Shown: piece by piece, positions 35,851-50,800 of the stretch
Layout: every line of letters begins with the position of its first letter
Numbering within the stretch: position 1 is the stretch's first letter
NCBI RefSeq assembly: GCF_030144855.1
Contig: NC_082729.1
Coordinates: forward strand, 35,464,001-35,528,000
Source of the DNA: Hypanus sabinus
Taxonomy: Eukaryota
Direction: 5' to 3'
DNA length: 64,000 bases
Notes under the pieces: generated by a model
Database searches by the model: none
What the model saw: the letters and a program-made list of their open reading frames with translations, nothing else
Told to the model about the DNA's origin: nothing
Translations under genes and position numbers: made by a program

Positions 35851-38800
35851 TACCTACAGGGGCTCTCCGGGAAGTTTGTCGGTATTTACATAGGGTCGTT
35901 GGTACTGTGTCAGCATTTACGGGGGGTCCCAGGGAGTGTGTCAGTATTTACATGGGGCCCGGGGAGTGTATCAGTATTTACAGGGGTCCCGGGGAGTGTG
36001 TCAGTATTTACAGGGGGTCCCGGGGAGTGTGTCGGTATTTACAGGGGGCCCCGGGGAGTGTGTCCGTATTTACAGGGGTCCTGGGGAGTGTGTCAGTATT
36101 TACAGGGGGTCCCAGGGAGAGTGTCGGTATTTACAGGGGGTCCCGGGGAGCATGTCTGTATTTACAGGGGGTCCCGGGTGGGTCCCGGGGTGAGTGTCAG
36201 TATTTACAGGGGGTCCCGGGGAGTGTGTCGGTATTTACAGGGGGTCCCGGGGAGTGTGTCAGTATTTACAGGGGGTCCCGGGGAGTGTGTCAGTATTTAC
36301 AGGGGGTCCCGGGGAGTGTGTCGGTATTTACAGGGATCCCGGGGAGTGTGTCAGTATTTACAGGGGTTCCCGGGGAGTGTGTCAGTATTTACAGGGGGTC
36401 CCGGGGAGTGTGTCGGTATTTACAGGGATCCCGGGGAGTGTGTCAGTATTTACAGGGGGTCCCGAGGAGTGTGTCAGTATTTACAGGGGGTCCCAGGGAG
36501 TGTGTCGGTATTTACAGGGGGTCCCGGGGAGTGTGTCGGTATTTACAGGGGGTCCCAGGGAGTGTGTCAGTATTTACAAAGGGTCCCGGGGAGTGTGTCG
36601 GTATTTACAAAGGGTCCCGGGGAGTGTGCCGGTATTTACAGGGGGTCCCGGGGAGCGTGTCGGTATTTACAGGGGGTCATGGGGAGTGTGTCGGTATTTA
36701 CAAAGGGTCCCGGGGAGTGTGTCGGTATTTACAAAGGGTCCCGGGGAGTGTGTCGGTATTTACAGGGGGTCCCGGGGAGTGTGTCGGTATTTACAGGGGG
36801 TCCCGGGGAGTGTGTCAGTATTTACAAAGGGTCCCGGGGAGTGTGTCGGTATTTACAAAGGGTCCCGGGGAGTGTGCCGGTATTTACAGGGGGTCCCGGG
36901 GAGCGTGTCAGTATTTACAGGGGTTCCCGGGGAGCGTGCCGGTATTTACAGGGATCCCGGGGAGTGTGTCGGTATTTACAGGGGTCCCGGGGAGTGTGTC
37001 AGTATTTACAGGGGGTCCCGGGGAGTGTGTCAGTATTTACAGGGGTCCCGGGGAGTGTGTCAGTATTTACAGGGGGTCCCGGGGAGTGTGTCAGTATTTA
37101 CAGGGGATCCCGGGGAGTGTGTCAGTATTTACAGGGGGTCCCGGGGAGTGTGTCAGTATTTACAGGGGGTCCCAGGGAGTGTGTCAGTATTTACAGGGAT
37201 CCCGGGGAGTGTGTCAGTATTTACAGGGGATCCCGGGGAGTGTGTCAGTATTTACAGGGATCCCGGGGAGTGTGTCTGTATTTACAGGGGGTCCCGGGGA
37301 GTGTGTCAGTATTTACAGGGATCCCGGGGAGTGTGTCAGTATTTACAGGGGTCCCGGGGAGTGTGCCGGTATTTACAGGGGATCCCGGGGAGTGTGTCCG
37401 TATTTACAGGGGGTCCCAGGGAGTGTGTCAGTATTTACAGGGGGTCCCGGGGAGTGTGTATTTACAGGGGGTCCCGGGGAGTGTGTCAGTATTTACAGGG
37501 GTCCCGGGGAGTGTGTCAGTATTTAAAGGGGTCCCGGGGTGTGTGTCAGTATTTATAGGGGGTCCCGAGGAGTGTGTCAGTATTTACAGGGGTCCCGGGG
37601 AGTGTGTCAGTATTTATAGGGGGTCCCGGGGAGTGTGTCAGTATTTACAGGGGTCCCGGGGAATGTGTCAGTATTTACAGGGGGCCCCGGGGAGAGTGTC
37701 GGTATTTACAGGGGGTCCCGGGGACTGTGTGGGTATTACAGGGGGTCCCGGGGACTGTGTGGGTATTTACAGGGGGTCCCGGGGAGCGTGTCGGTATTTA
37801 CAGGGATCCCGGGGAGTGTGTCAGTATTTGCAGGGGTCCCGGGGAGTGTGTTGATATTTATAGAGGGTCCCGAGGTGTGTGTCAGTATTTACGGGGGGTC
37901 CCAGGGAGTGTGTCAGTATTTACAGGGGTCCCGGGGAGAGTGTCAGTATTTACAGGGGGGTCCCAGGGGAGTGCGTAGGTATTTACAGGGCTCCCGGGGA
38001 GTGTGTCCGTATTTACAGTGTGACCCAGGGAGTGTGTCGGTATTAATAGGGGGTCCCGGGGAGTGTGTTGATATTTATAGAGGGTCCCAAGGTGTGTGTC
38101 GGTATTTACAGGGGCTCCCGGGGAGTGTGTTGATATTTACAGGGGGTCCCAGGGAGTGTGTCAGTATTTACAGGGGGTCCCGGGGAGTGTGTCGATATTT
38201 ACAGGGGGTCCCAGGGAGTGTGTCAGTATTTACAGGGGTCCCGGGGAGAGTGTCAGTGTTTACAGGGGGTCCCAGGGAGTGTGTCAGTATTTACAGGGGT
38301 CCCGGGGAGTGTGTCAGTGTTTACAGGGGGGGTCCCAGGGGAGTGCGTAGGTATTTACAGGGGGTCCCGGGGAGAGTGTCGGTATTTACAGTGTGTCCCA
38401 GGGAGAGTGTCAGTGATTACAAGGGGGTCCCAGGGGAGTGTGTCAGTATTTACAGGGGTCCCGGGGTGTGTGTCAGTATTTACAGGGGTCCCAGGGAGTG
38501 TGTCAGTATTTACAGGGGTCCCGGGGTGTGTGTCAGTATTTACAGGGGTCCCGGGGAGTGTGTCAGTATTTACAGGGGTCCCAGGGAGTGTGTGGGTATT
38601 TACAGGGGGTCCCGGGGAGTGTGTCAGTATTTACAGGGGTCCCGGGGAGTGTGTCAGTGTTTACAGGGGGGTCCCAGGGGAGTGCGTAGGTATTTACAGG
38701 GGCTCCCGGGGAGTGTGTCAGTATTTACGGGGGGTCCCGGGGAGTGTGTCAGTGTTTACAGGGGGGTCCCAGGGGAGTGTGTCGGTATTTACAGGGGGTC

Positions 38801-41800
38801 CCGGGGAGTGTGTCGGTATTTACAGGGGGTCCCGGGGAGTGTGTCGGTATTTACAGGGGGTCCCGGGGAGTGTGTCAGTATTTACAGGGGGCCCCGGGGA
38901 GAGTGTCGGTATGTACAGGGGGTCCCGGGAAGAGTGTCGGTATTTACAGGGGGTCCTGGGGAGTGTGTCGGTATTTACAGGGGTTCCCGGGGAATGTGTC
39001 AGTATTTACAGGGGGTCCTGGGGAGTGTGTCTGTATTTACAGGGGGTCCCGGGGAGTGTGTCAGTATTTGCAGGGGTCCCGGGGAGTGTGTTGATATTTA
39101 CAGGGGGTCCCAGGGAGTGTGTCAGTATTTACAGGGGGTCCCGGGGAGTGTGTTGATATTTATAGAGGGTCCCGGGGAGTGTGTCGGTATTTACAGGGGT
39201 CCCGGGGTGTGTGTCGGTATTTACAGGGGTCCCGGGGAGAGTGTCGGTATTTACAGGGGTCCCGGGGAGTGTGTCAGTGTTTACAGGGGGGTCCCAGGGG
39301 AGTGCGTAGGTATTTACAGGGGTCACGGGGAGAGTGTCGGTATTTACAGGGATCCCGGGAAGTGTGTCAGTATTTACAGGGGTCCCGGGGAGTGTGCCGG
39401 TATTTACAGGGGATCCCGGGGAGTGTGTCCGTATTTACAGGGGGTCCCGGGGAGTGTGTCAGTATTTACAGGGGGTCCCGGGGGAGTGTGTATTTACAGG
39501 GGTCCCGGGGAGTGTGTCAGTATTTAAAGGGGTCCTGGGGTGTGTGTCAGTATTTATAGGGGGTCCCGAGGAGTGTGTCAGTATTTACAGGGGTCCCGGG
39601 GAGTGTGTCAGTATTTATAGGGGGTCCCGGGGAGTGTGTCAGTATTTACAGGGGTCCCGGGGAATGTGTCAGTATTTACAGGGGGCCCCGGGGAGAGTGT
39701 CGGTATTTACAGGGGGTCCCGGGGACTGTGTGGGTATTTACAGGGGGTCCCGGGGACTGTGTGGGTATTTACAGGGGGTCCCGGGGAGCGTGTCGGTATT
39801 AATAGGGGGTCCCGGGGAGTGTGTTGATATTTATAGAGGGTCCCAAGGTGTGTGTCGGTATTTACAGGGGCTCCCGGGGAGTGTGTTGATATTTACAGGG
39901 GGTCCCAGGGAGTGTGTCAGTATTTACAGGGGGTCCCGGGGAGTGTGTCGATATTTACAGGGGGTCCCAGGGAGTGTGTCAGTATTTACAGGGGTCCCGG
40001 GGAGAGTGTCAGTGTTTACAGGGGGGGTCCCAGGGGAGTGCGTAGGTACTTACAGGGGTCCCGGGGAGTGTGTCGGTATTTACAGGGGTCCCGGGGAGTG
40101 TGTCAGTATTTACGGGGGGTCCCAGGGAGTGTGTCAGTATTTACAGGGGTCCCGGGGAGTGTGTCAGTGTTTACAGGGGGGTCCCAGGGGAGTGCGTAGG
40201 TATTTACAGGGGGTCCCGGGGAGAGTGTCGGTATTTACAGTGTGTCCCAGGGAGAGTGTCAGTATTTACAGGGGTCCCGGGGAGTGTGTCAGTGTTTACA
40301 GGGGGGTCCCAGGGGAGTGTGTAGGTATTTACAGGGGTCCCGGGGAGTGTGTCGGTATTTACAGGGGTCCCGGGGAGTGTGTCAGTATTTACGGGGGGTC
40401 CCAGGGAGTGTGTCAGTATTTACAGGGGTCCCGGGGAGTGTGTCAGTGTTTACAGGGGGGGTCCCAGGGGAGTGCGTAGGTATTTACAGGGGGTCCCGGG
40501 GAGAGTGTCGGTATTTACAGTGTGTCCCAGGGAGAGTGTCAGTGTTTACAGGGGGGTCCCAGGGGAGTGTGTCAGTATTTACAGGGGTCCCGGGGTGTGT
40601 GTCAGTATTTACAGGGGTCCCGGGGAGTGTGTCAGTATTTACAGGGGTCCCGGGGTGTGTGTCAGTATTTACAGGGGTCCCGGGGAGTGTGTCAGTATTT
40701 ACAGGGGTCCCAGGGAGTGTGTGGGTATTTACAGGGGGTCCCGGGGAGTGTGTCAGTATTTACAGGGGTCCCGGGGAGTGTGTCAGTGTTTACAGGGGGG
40801 TCCCAGGGGAGTGCGTAGGTATTTACAGGGGCTCCCGGGGAGTGTGTCAGTATTTACGGGGGGTCCCGGGGAGTGTGTCAGTGTTTACAGGGGGGTCCCA
40901 GGGGAGTGTGTCGGTATTTACAGGGGGTCCCGGGGAGTGTGTCGGTATTTACAGGGGGTCCCGGGGAGTGTGTCGGTATTTACAGGGGGTCCCGGGGAGT
41001 GTGTCAGTATTTACAGGGGGCCCCGGGGAGAGTGTCGGTATGTACAGGGGGTCCCGGGAAGAGTGTCGGTATTTACAGGGGGTCCTGGGGAGTGTGTCGG
41101 TATTTACAGGGGTTCCCGGGGAGTGTGTCAGTATTTACAGGGGGTCCTGGGGAGTGTGTCTGTATTTACAGGGGGTCCCGGGGAGTGTGTCAGTATTTGC
41201 AGGGGTCCTGGGGAGTGTGTTGATATTTACAGGGGGTCCCAGGGAGTGTGTCAGTATTTACAGGGGGTCCCGGGGAGTGTGTTGATATTTATAGAGGGTC
41301 CCGAGGTGTGTGTCGGTATTTACAGGGGTCCCGGGGAGAGTGTCGGTATTTACAGGGGTCCCGGGGAGTGTGTCAGTGTTTACAGGGGGGTCCCAGGGGA
41401 GTGCGTAGGTATTTACAGGGGGTCCCGGGGAGAGTGTCGGTATTTACAGTGTGTCCCAGGGAGTGTGTCAGTGTTTACAGGGGGGTCCCAGGGGAATGTG
41501 TCAGTATTTACAGGGGTCCCGGGGTGTGTGTCGGTATTTACAGGGGTCCCGGGGAGTGTGTCAGTATTTACGGGGGGTCCCAGGGAGTGTGTCAGTATTT
41601 ACAGGGGTCCCGGGGAGTGTGTCAGTGTTTACAGGGGGGTCCCAGGGGAGTGCATAGGTATTTACAGGGGGTCCCGGGGAGTGTGTCGGTATTTACAGGG
41701 GGTCCCGGGGAGTGTGTCGGTATTTACAGGGGGTCCCAGGGAGTGTGTCAGTATTTACAAAGGGTCCCGGGGAGTGTGTCGGTATTTACAGGGATCCCGG

Positions 41801-44800
41801 GGTGTGTGTCAGTATTTACAGGGGGTCCCGAGGAGTGTGTCAGTATTTACAGGGGGTCCCAGGGAGTGTGTCGGTATTTACAGGGGGTCCCGGGGAGTGT
41901 GTCGGTATTTACAGGGGGTCCCAGGGAGTGTGTCAGTATTTACAAAGGGTCCCGGGGAGTGTGTCGGTATTTACAAAGGGTCCCGGGGAGTGTGTCGGTA
42001 TTTACAAAGGGTCCCGGGGAGCGTGTCGGTATTTACAGGGGGTCATGGGGAGTGTGTCGGTATTTACAAAGGGTCCCGGGGAGTGTGTCGGTATTTACAA
42101 AGGGTCCCGGGGAGTGTGTCGGTATTTACAGGGGGTCCCGGGGAGTGTGTCGGTATTTACAGGGGGTCCCAGGGAGTGTGTCAGTATTTACAAAGGGTCC
42201 CGGGGAGTGTGTCGGTATTTACAAAGGGTCCCGGGGAGTGTGCCGGTATTTACAGGGGGTCCCGGGGAGCGTGTCAGTATTTACAGGGTTTCCCGGGGAG
42301 CGTGTCGGTATTTACAGGGATCCCGGGGAGTGTGTCGGTATTTACAGGGGTCCCGGGGAGTGTGTCAGTATTTACAGGGGGTCCCGGGGAGTGTGTCAGT
42401 ATTTACAGGGGATCCCGGGGAGTGTGTCAGTATTTACAGGGGGTCCCGGGGAGTGTGTCAGTATTTACAGGGGTCCCGGGGAGAGTGTCGGTATTTACAG
42501 GGGTCCCGGGGAGTGTGTCAGTGTTTACAGGGGGGTCCCAGGGGAGTGCGTAGGTATTTACAGGGGGTCCCGGGGAGAGTGTCGGTATTTACAGTGTGTC
42601 CCAGGGAGTGTGTCAGTGTTTACAGGGGGGTCCCAGGGGAATGTGTCAGTATTTACAGGGGTCCCGGGGTGTGTGTCGGTATTTACAGGGGTCCCGGGGA
42701 GTGTGTCAGTATTTACGGGGGGTCCCAGGGAGTGTGTCAGTATTTACAGGGGTCCCGGGGAGTGTGTCAGTGTTTACAGGGGGGTCCCAGGGGAGTGCAT
42801 AGGTATTTACAGGGGGTCCCGGGGAGTGTGTCGGTATTTACAGGGGGTCCCGGGGAGTGTGTCGGTATTTACAGGGGGTCCCAGGGAGTGTGTCAGTATT
42901 TACAAAGGGTCCCGGGGAGTGTGTCGGTATTTACAGGGATCCCGGGGTGTGTGTCGGTATTTACAGGGGGTCCCGGGGAGTGTGTCAGTATTTACAGGGG
43001 TCCCGGGGAGTGTGCCGGTATTTACAGGGGATCCCGGGGAGTGTGTCCGTATTTACAGGGGGTCCCGGGGAGTGTGTCAGAATTTACAGGGGGTCCCGGG
43101 GAGTGTGTCAGTATTTACAGGGGGTCCCGGGGAGTGTGTCAGTATTTACAGGGGTCCCGGGGAGTGTGTCAGTATTTACAGGGGTCCCGGGGTGTGTGTC
43201 AGTATTTGCAGGGGTCCCGGGGAGTGTGTTGATATTTACAGGGGGTCCCAGGGAGTGTGTCAGTATTTACAGGGGGTCCCGGGGAGTGTGTTGATATTTA
43301 TAGAGGGTCCCGGGGAGTGTGTCGGTATTTACAGGGGTCCCGGGGTGTGTGTCGGTATTTACAGGGGTCCCGGGGAGAGTGTCGGTATTTACAGGGGTCC
43401 CGGGGAGTGTGTCAGTGTTTACAGGGGGGTCCCAGGGGAGTGCGTAGGTATTTACAGGGGTCACGGGGAGAGTGTCGGTATTTACAGGGATCCCGGGAAG
43501 TGTGTCAGTATTTACAGGGGTCCCGGGGAGTGTGCCGGTATTTACAGGGGATCCCGGGGAGTGTGTCCGTATTTACAGGGGGTCCCGGGGAGTGTGTCAG
43601 TATTTACAGGGGGTCCCGGGGGAGTGTGTATTTACAGGGGTCCCGGGGAGTGTGTCAGTATTTAAAGGGGTCCTGGGGTGTGTGTCAGTATTTATAGGGG
43701 GTCCCGAGGAGTGTGTCAGTATTTACAGGGGTCCCGGGGAGTGTGTCAGTATTTATAGGGGGTCCCGGGGAGTGTGTCAGTATTTACAGGGGTCCCGGGG
43801 AATGTGTCAGTATTTACAGGGGGCCCCGGGGAGAGTGTCGGTATTTACAGGGGGTCCCGGGGACTGTGTGGGTATTTACAGGGGGTCCCGGGGACTGTGT
43901 GGGTATTTACAGGGGGTCCCGGGGAGCGTGTCGGTATTAATAGGGGGTCCCGGGGAGTGTGTTGATATTTATAGAGGGTCCCAAGGTGTGTGTCGGTATT
44001 TACAGGGGCTCCCGGGGAGTGTGTTGATATTTACAGGGGGTCCCAGGGAGTGTGTCAGTATTTACAGGGGGTCCCGGGGAGTGTGTCGATATTTACAGGG
44101 GGTCCCAGGGAGTGTGTCAGTATTTACAGGGGTCCCGGGGAGAGTGTCAGTGTTTACAGGGGGGGTCCCAGGGGAGTGCGTAGGTACTTACAGGGGTCCC
44201 GGGGAGTGTGTCGGTATTTACAGGGGTCCCGGGGAGTGTGTCAGTATTTACGGGGGGTCCCAGGGAGTGTGTCAGTATTTACAGGGGTCCCGGGGAGTGT
44301 GTCAGTGTTTACAGGGGGGTCCCAGGGGAGTGCGTAGGTATTTACAGGGGGTCCCGGGGAGAGTGTCGGTATTTACAGTGTGTCCCAGGGAGAGTGTCAG
44401 TATTTACAGGGGTCCCGGGGAGTGTGTCAGTGTTTACAGGGGGGTCCCAGGGGAGTGTGTAGGTATTTACAGGGGTCCCGGGGAGTGTGTCGGTATTTAC
44501 AGGGGTCCCGGGGAGTGTGTCAGTATTTACGGGGGGTCCCAGGGAGTGTGTCAGTATTTACAGGGGTCCCGGGGAGTGTGTCAGTGTTTACAGGGGGGGT
44601 CCCAGGGGAGTGCGTAGGTATTTACAGGGGGTCCCGGGGAGAGTGTCGGTATTTACAGTGTGTCCCAGGGAGAGTGTCAGTGTTTACAGGGGGGTCCCAG
44701 GGGAGTGTGTCAGTATTTACAGGGGTCCCGGGGTGTGTGTCAGTATTTACAGGGGTCCCGGGGAGTGTGTCAGTATTTACAGGGGTCCCGGGGTGTGTGT

Positions 44801-47800
44801 CAGTATTTACAGGGGTCCCGGGGAGTGTGTCAGTATTTACAGGGGTCCCAGGGAGTGTGTGGGTATTTACAGGGGGTCCCGGGGAGTGTGTCAGTATTTA
44901 CAGGGGTCCCGGGGAGTGTGTCAGTGTTTACAGGGGGGTCCCAGGGGAGTGCGTAGGTATTTACAGGGGCTCCCGGGGAGTGTGTCAGTATTTACGGGGG
45001 GTCCCGGGGAGTGTGTCAGTGTTTACAGGGGGGTCCCAGGGGAGTGTGTCGGTATTTACAGGGGGTCCCGGGGAGTGTGTCGGTATTTACAGGGGGTCCC
45101 GGGGAGTGTGTCGGTATTTACAGGGGGTCCCGGGGAGTGTGTCAGTATTTACAGGGGGCCCCGGGGAGAGTGTCGGTATGTACAGGGGGTCCCGGGAAGA
45201 GTGTCGGTATTTACAGGGGGTCCTGGGGAGTGTGTCGGTATTTACAGGGGTTCCCGGGGAGTGTGTCAGTATTTACAGGGGGTCCTGGGGAGTGTGTCTG
45301 TATTTACAGGGGGTCCCGGGGAGTGTGTCAGTATTTGCAGGGGTCCTGGGGAGTGTGTTGATATTTACAGGGGGTCCCAGGGAGTGTGTCAGTATTTACA
45401 GGGGGTCCCGGGGAGTGTGTTGATATTTATAGAGGGTCCCGAGGTGTGTGTCGGTATTTACAGGGGTCCCGGGGAGAGTGTCGGTATTTACAGGGGTCCC
45501 GGGGAGTGTGTCAGTGTTTACAGGGGGGTCCCAGGGGAGTGCGTAGGTATTTACAGGGGGTCCCGGGGAGAGTGTCGGTATTTACAGTGTGTCCCAGGGA
45601 GTGTGTCAGTGTTTACAGGGGGGTCCCAGGGGAATGTGTCAGTATTTACAGGGGTCCCGGGGTGTGTGTCGGTATTTACAGGGGTCCCGGGGAGTGTGTC
45701 AGTATTTACGGGGGGTCCCAGGGAGTGTGTCAGTATTTACAGGGGTCCCGGGGAGTGTGTCAGTGTTTACAGGGGGGTCCCAGGGGAGTGCATAGGTATT
45801 TACAGGGGGTCCCGGGGAGTGTGTCGGTATTTACAAGTGGTCCCGGGGAGTGTGTCGGTATTTACAGGGGGTCCCAGGGAGTGTGTCAGTATTTACAAAG
45901 GGTCCCGGGGAGTGTGTCGGTATTTACAGGGATCCCGGGGTGTGTGTCAGTATTTACAGGGGGTCCCGAGGAGTGTGTCAGTATTTACAGGGGGTCCCAG
46001 GGAGTGTGTCGGTATTTACAGGGGGTCCCGGGGAGTGTGTCGGTATTTACAGGGGGTCCCAGGGAGTGTGTCAGTATTTACAAAGGGTCCCGGGGAGTGT
46101 GTCGGTATTTACAAAGGGTCCCGGGGAGTGTGTCGGTATTTACAAAGGGTCCCGGGGAGCGTGTCGGTATTTACAGGGGGTCATGGGGAGTGTGTCGGTA
46201 TTTACAAAGGGTCCCGGGGAGTGTGTCGGTATTTACAAAGGGTCCCGGGGAGTGTGTCGGTATTTACAGGGGGTCCCGGGGAGTGTGTCGGTATTTACAG
46301 GGGGTCCCAGGGAGTGTGTCAGTATTTACAAAGGGTCCCGGGGAGTGTGTCGGTATTTACAAAGGGTCCCGGGGAGTGTGCCGGTATTTACAGGGGGTCC
46401 CGGGGAGCGTGTCAGTATTTACAGGGTTTCCCGGGGAGCGTGTCGGTATTTACAGGGATCCCGGGGAGTGTGTCGGTATTTACAGGGGTCCCGGGGAGTG
46501 TGTCAGTATTTACAGGGGGTCCCGGGGAGTGTGTCAGTATTTACAGGGGATCCCGGGGAGTGTGTCAGTATTTACAGGGGGTCCCGGGGAGTGTGTCAGT
46601 ATTTACAGGGGTCCCGGGGAGAGTGTCGGTATTTACAGGGGTCCCGGGGAGTGTGTCAGTGTTTACAGGGGGGTCCCAGGGGAGTGCGTAGGTATTTACA
46701 GGGGGTCCCGGGGAGAGTGTCGGTATTTACAGTGTGTCCCAGGGAGTGTGTCAGTGTTTACAGGGGGGTCCCAGGGGAATGTGTCAGTATTTACAGGGGT
46801 CCCGGGGTGTGTGTCGGTATTTACAGGGGTCCCGGGGAGTGTGTCAGTATTTACGGGGGGTCCCAGGGAGTGTGTCAGTATTTACAGGGGTCCCGGGGAG
46901 TGTGTCAGTGTTTACAGGGGGGTCCCAGGGGAGTGCATAGGTATTTACAGGGGGTCCCGGGGAGTGTGTCGGTATTTACAGGGGGTCCCGGGGAGTGTGT
47001 CGGTATTTACAGGGGGTCCCAGGGAGTGTGTCAGTATTTACAAAGGGTCCCGGGGAGTGTGTCGGTATTTACAGGGATCCCGGGGTGTGTGTCGGTATTT
47101 ACAGGGGGTCCCGGGGAGTGTGTCAGTATTTACAGGGGTCCCGGGGAGTGTGCCGGTATTTACAGGGGATCCCGGGGAGTGTGTCCGTATTTACAGGGGG
47201 TCCCGGGGAGTGTGTCAGAATTTACAGGGGGTCCCGGGGAGTGTGTCAGTATTTACAGGGGGTCCCGGGGAGTGTGTCAGTATTTACAGGGGTCCCGGGG
47301 AGTGTGTCAGTATTTACAGGGGTCCCGGGGTGTGTGTCAGTATTTATAGGGGGTCCCGAGGAGTGTGTCAGTATTTACAGGGGTCCCGGGGAGTGTGTCA
47401 GTATTTATAGGGGGTCCCGGGGAGTGTGTCAGTATTTACAGGGGTCCCGGGGAATGTGTCAGTATTTACAGGGGGCCCCGGGGAGAGTGTCGGTATTTAC
47501 AGGGGGTCCCGGGGACTTTGTGGGTATTTACAGGGGGTCCCGGGGACTGTGTGGGTATTTACAGGGGGTCCCGGGGAGCGTGTCGGTATTTACAGGGATC
47601 CCGGGGAGTGTGTCAGTATTTGCAGGGGTCCCGGGGAGTGTGTTGATATTTATAGAGGGTCCCGAGGTGTGTGTCAGTATTTACGGGGGGTCCCAGGGAG
47701 TGTGTCAGTATTTACAGGGGTCCCGGGGAGAGCATCAGTATTTACAGGGGGGTCCCAGGGGAGTGCGTAGGTATTTACAGGGCTCCCGGGGAGTGTGTCC

Positions 47801-50800
47801 GTATTTACAGTGTGACCCAGGGAGTGTGTCGGTATTAATAGGGGGTCCCGGGGAGTGTGTTGATATTTATAGAGGGTCCCAAGGTGTGTGTCGGTATTTA
47901 CAGGGGCTCCCGGGGAGTGTGTTGATATTTACAGGGGGTCCCAGGGAGTGTGTCAGTATTTACAGGGGGTCCCGGGGAGTGTGTCGATATTTACAGGGGG
48001 TCCCAGGGAGTGTGTCAGTATTTACAGGGGTCCCGGGGAGAGTGTCAGTGTTTACAGGGGGGGTCCCAGGGGAGTGCGTAGGTATTTACAGGGGTCCCGG
48101 GGAGTGTGTCGGTATTTACAGGGGTCCCGGGGAGTGTGTCAGTATTTACGGGGGGTCCCAGGGAGTGTGTCAGTATTTACAGGGGTCCCGGGGAGTGTGT
48201 CAGTGTTTACAGGGGGGTCCCAGGGGAGTGCGTAGGTATTTACAGGGGGTCCCGGGGAGAGTGTCGGTATTTACAGTGTGTCCCAGGGAGTGTGTCAGTA
48301 TTTACAGGGGTCCCGGGGAGTGTGTCAGTGTTTACAGGGGGGTCCCAGGGGAGTGCATAGGTATTTACAGGGGGTCCCGGGGAGTGTGTCGGTATTTACA
48401 GGGGGTCCCGGGGAGTGTGTCGGTATTTACAGGGGGTCCCAGGGAGTGTGTCAGTATTTACAAAGGGTCCCGGGGAGTGTGTCGGTATTTACAGGGATCC
48501 CGGTGAGTGTGTCAGTATTTACAGGGGGTCCCGAGGAGTGTGTCAGTATTTACCGGGGGTCCCAGGGAGTGTGTCGGTATTTACAGGGGGTCCTGGGGAG
48601 TGTGTCGGTATTTACAGGGGGTCCCAGGGAGTGTGTCAGTATTTACAAAGGGTCCCGGGGAGTGTGTCAGTATTTACAAAGGGTCCCGGGGAGTGTGCCG
48701 GTATTTACAGGGGGTCCCGGGGAGTGTGTCAGTATTTACAGGGGTTCCCGGGGAGCGTGTCGGTATTTACAGGGGGTCATGGGGAGTGTGTCGGTATTTA
48801 CAAAGGGTCCCGGGGAGTGTGTCGGTATTTACAAAGGGTCCCGGGGAGTGTGTCGGTATTTACAGGGGGTCCCGGGGAGTGTGTCGGTATTTACAGGGGG
48901 TCCCAGGGAGTGTGTCAGTATTTACAAAGGGTCCCGGGGAGTGTGTCGGTATTTACAAAGGGTCCCGGGGAGTGTGCCGGTATTTACAGGGGGTCCCGGG
49001 GAGCGTGTCAGTATTTACAGGGGTTCCCGGGGAGCGTGTCGGTATTTACAGGGATCCCGGGGAGTGTGTCGGTATTTACAGGGGTCCCGGGGAGTGTGTC
49101 AGTATTTACAGGGGGTCCCGGGGAGTGTGTCAGTATTTACAGGGGATCCCAGGGAGTGTGTCAGTATTTACAGGGATCCCGGGGAGTGTGTCAGTATTTA
49201 CAGGGGATCCCGGGGAGTGTGTCAGTATTTACAGGGATCCCGGGGAGTGTGTCAGTATTTACAGGGGTCCCGGGGAGTGTGCCGGTATTTACAGGGGATC
49301 CCGGGGAGTGTGTCCGTATTTACAGGGGGTCCCGGGGAGTGTGTCAGTATTTACAGGGGGTCCCGGGGAGTGTGTATTTACAGGGGTCCCGGGGAGTGTG
49401 TCAGTATTTACAGGGGTCCCGGGGAGTGTGTCAGTATTTACAGGGGTCCCGGGGTGTGTGTCAGTATTTATAGGGGGTCCCGAGGAGTGTGTCAGTATTT
49501 ACAGGGGTCCCGGGGAGTGTGTCAGTATTTATAGGGGGTCCCGGGGAGTGTGTCAGTATTTACAGGGGTCCCGGGGAATGTGTCAGTATTTACAGGGGGC
49601 CCCGGGGAGAGTGTCGGTATTTACAGGGGGTCCCGGGGACTGTGTGGGTATTTACAGGGGGTCCCGGGGACTGTGTGGGTATTTACAGGGGGTCCCGGGG
49701 AGCGTGTCGGTATTTACAGGGATCCCGGGGAGTGTGTCAGTATTTGCAGGGGTCCCGGGGAGTGTGTTGATATTTATAGAGGGTCCCGAGGTGTGTGTCA
49801 GTATTTACGGGGGGTCCCAGGGAGTGTGTCAGTATTTACAGGGGTCCCGGGGAGAGTGTCAGTATTTACAGGGGGGTCCCAGGGGAGTGCGTAGGTATTT
49901 ACAGGGCTCCCGGGGAGTGTGTCCGTATTTACAGTGTGACCCAGGGAGTGTGTCGGTATTAATAGGGGGTCCCGGGGAGTGTGGTGATATTTATAGAGGG
50001 TCCCAAGGTGTGTGTCGGTATTTACAGGGGCTCCCGGGGAGTGTGTTGATATTTACAGGGGGTCCCAGGGAGTGTGTCAGTATTTACAGGGGGTCCCGGG
50101 GAGTGTGTCGATATTTACAGGGGGTCCCAGGGAGTGTGTCAGTATTTACAGGGGTCCCGGGGAGAGTGTCAGTGTTTACAGGGGGGTCCCAGGGGAGTGC
50201 GTAGGTATTTACAGGGGTCCCGGGGAGTGTGTCTGTATTTACAGGGGTCCCGGGGAGTGTGTCAGTATTTACGGGGGGTCCCAGGGAGTGTGTCAGTATT
50301 TACAGGGGTTCCGGGGAGTGTGTCAGTGTTTACAGGGGGGTCCCAGGGGAGTGCGTAGGTATTTACAGGGGGTCCCGGGGAGAGTGTCGGTATTTACAGT
50401 GTGTCCCAGGGATAGTGTCAGTGTTTACAGGGGGGTCCCAGGGGAGTGTGTAGGTATTTACAGGGGTCCCGGGGAGTGTGTCGGTATTTACAGGGGTCCC
50501 GGGGAGTGTGTCAGTATTTACGGGGGGTCCCAGGGAGTGTGTCAGTATTTACAGTGGTCCCGGGGAGTGTGTCAGTGTTTACAGGGGGGGGTCCCAGGGG
50601 AGTGCGTAGGTATTTACAGGGGGTCCCGGGGAGAGTGTCGGTATTTACAGTGTGTCCCAGGGAGAGTGTCAGTGTTTACAGGGGGGTCCCAGGGGAGTGT
50701 GTCAGTATTTACAGGGGTCCCGGGGTGTGTGTCAGTATTTACAGGGGTCCCGGGGAGTGTGTCAGTATTTACAGGGGTCCCGGGGTGTGTGTCAGTATTT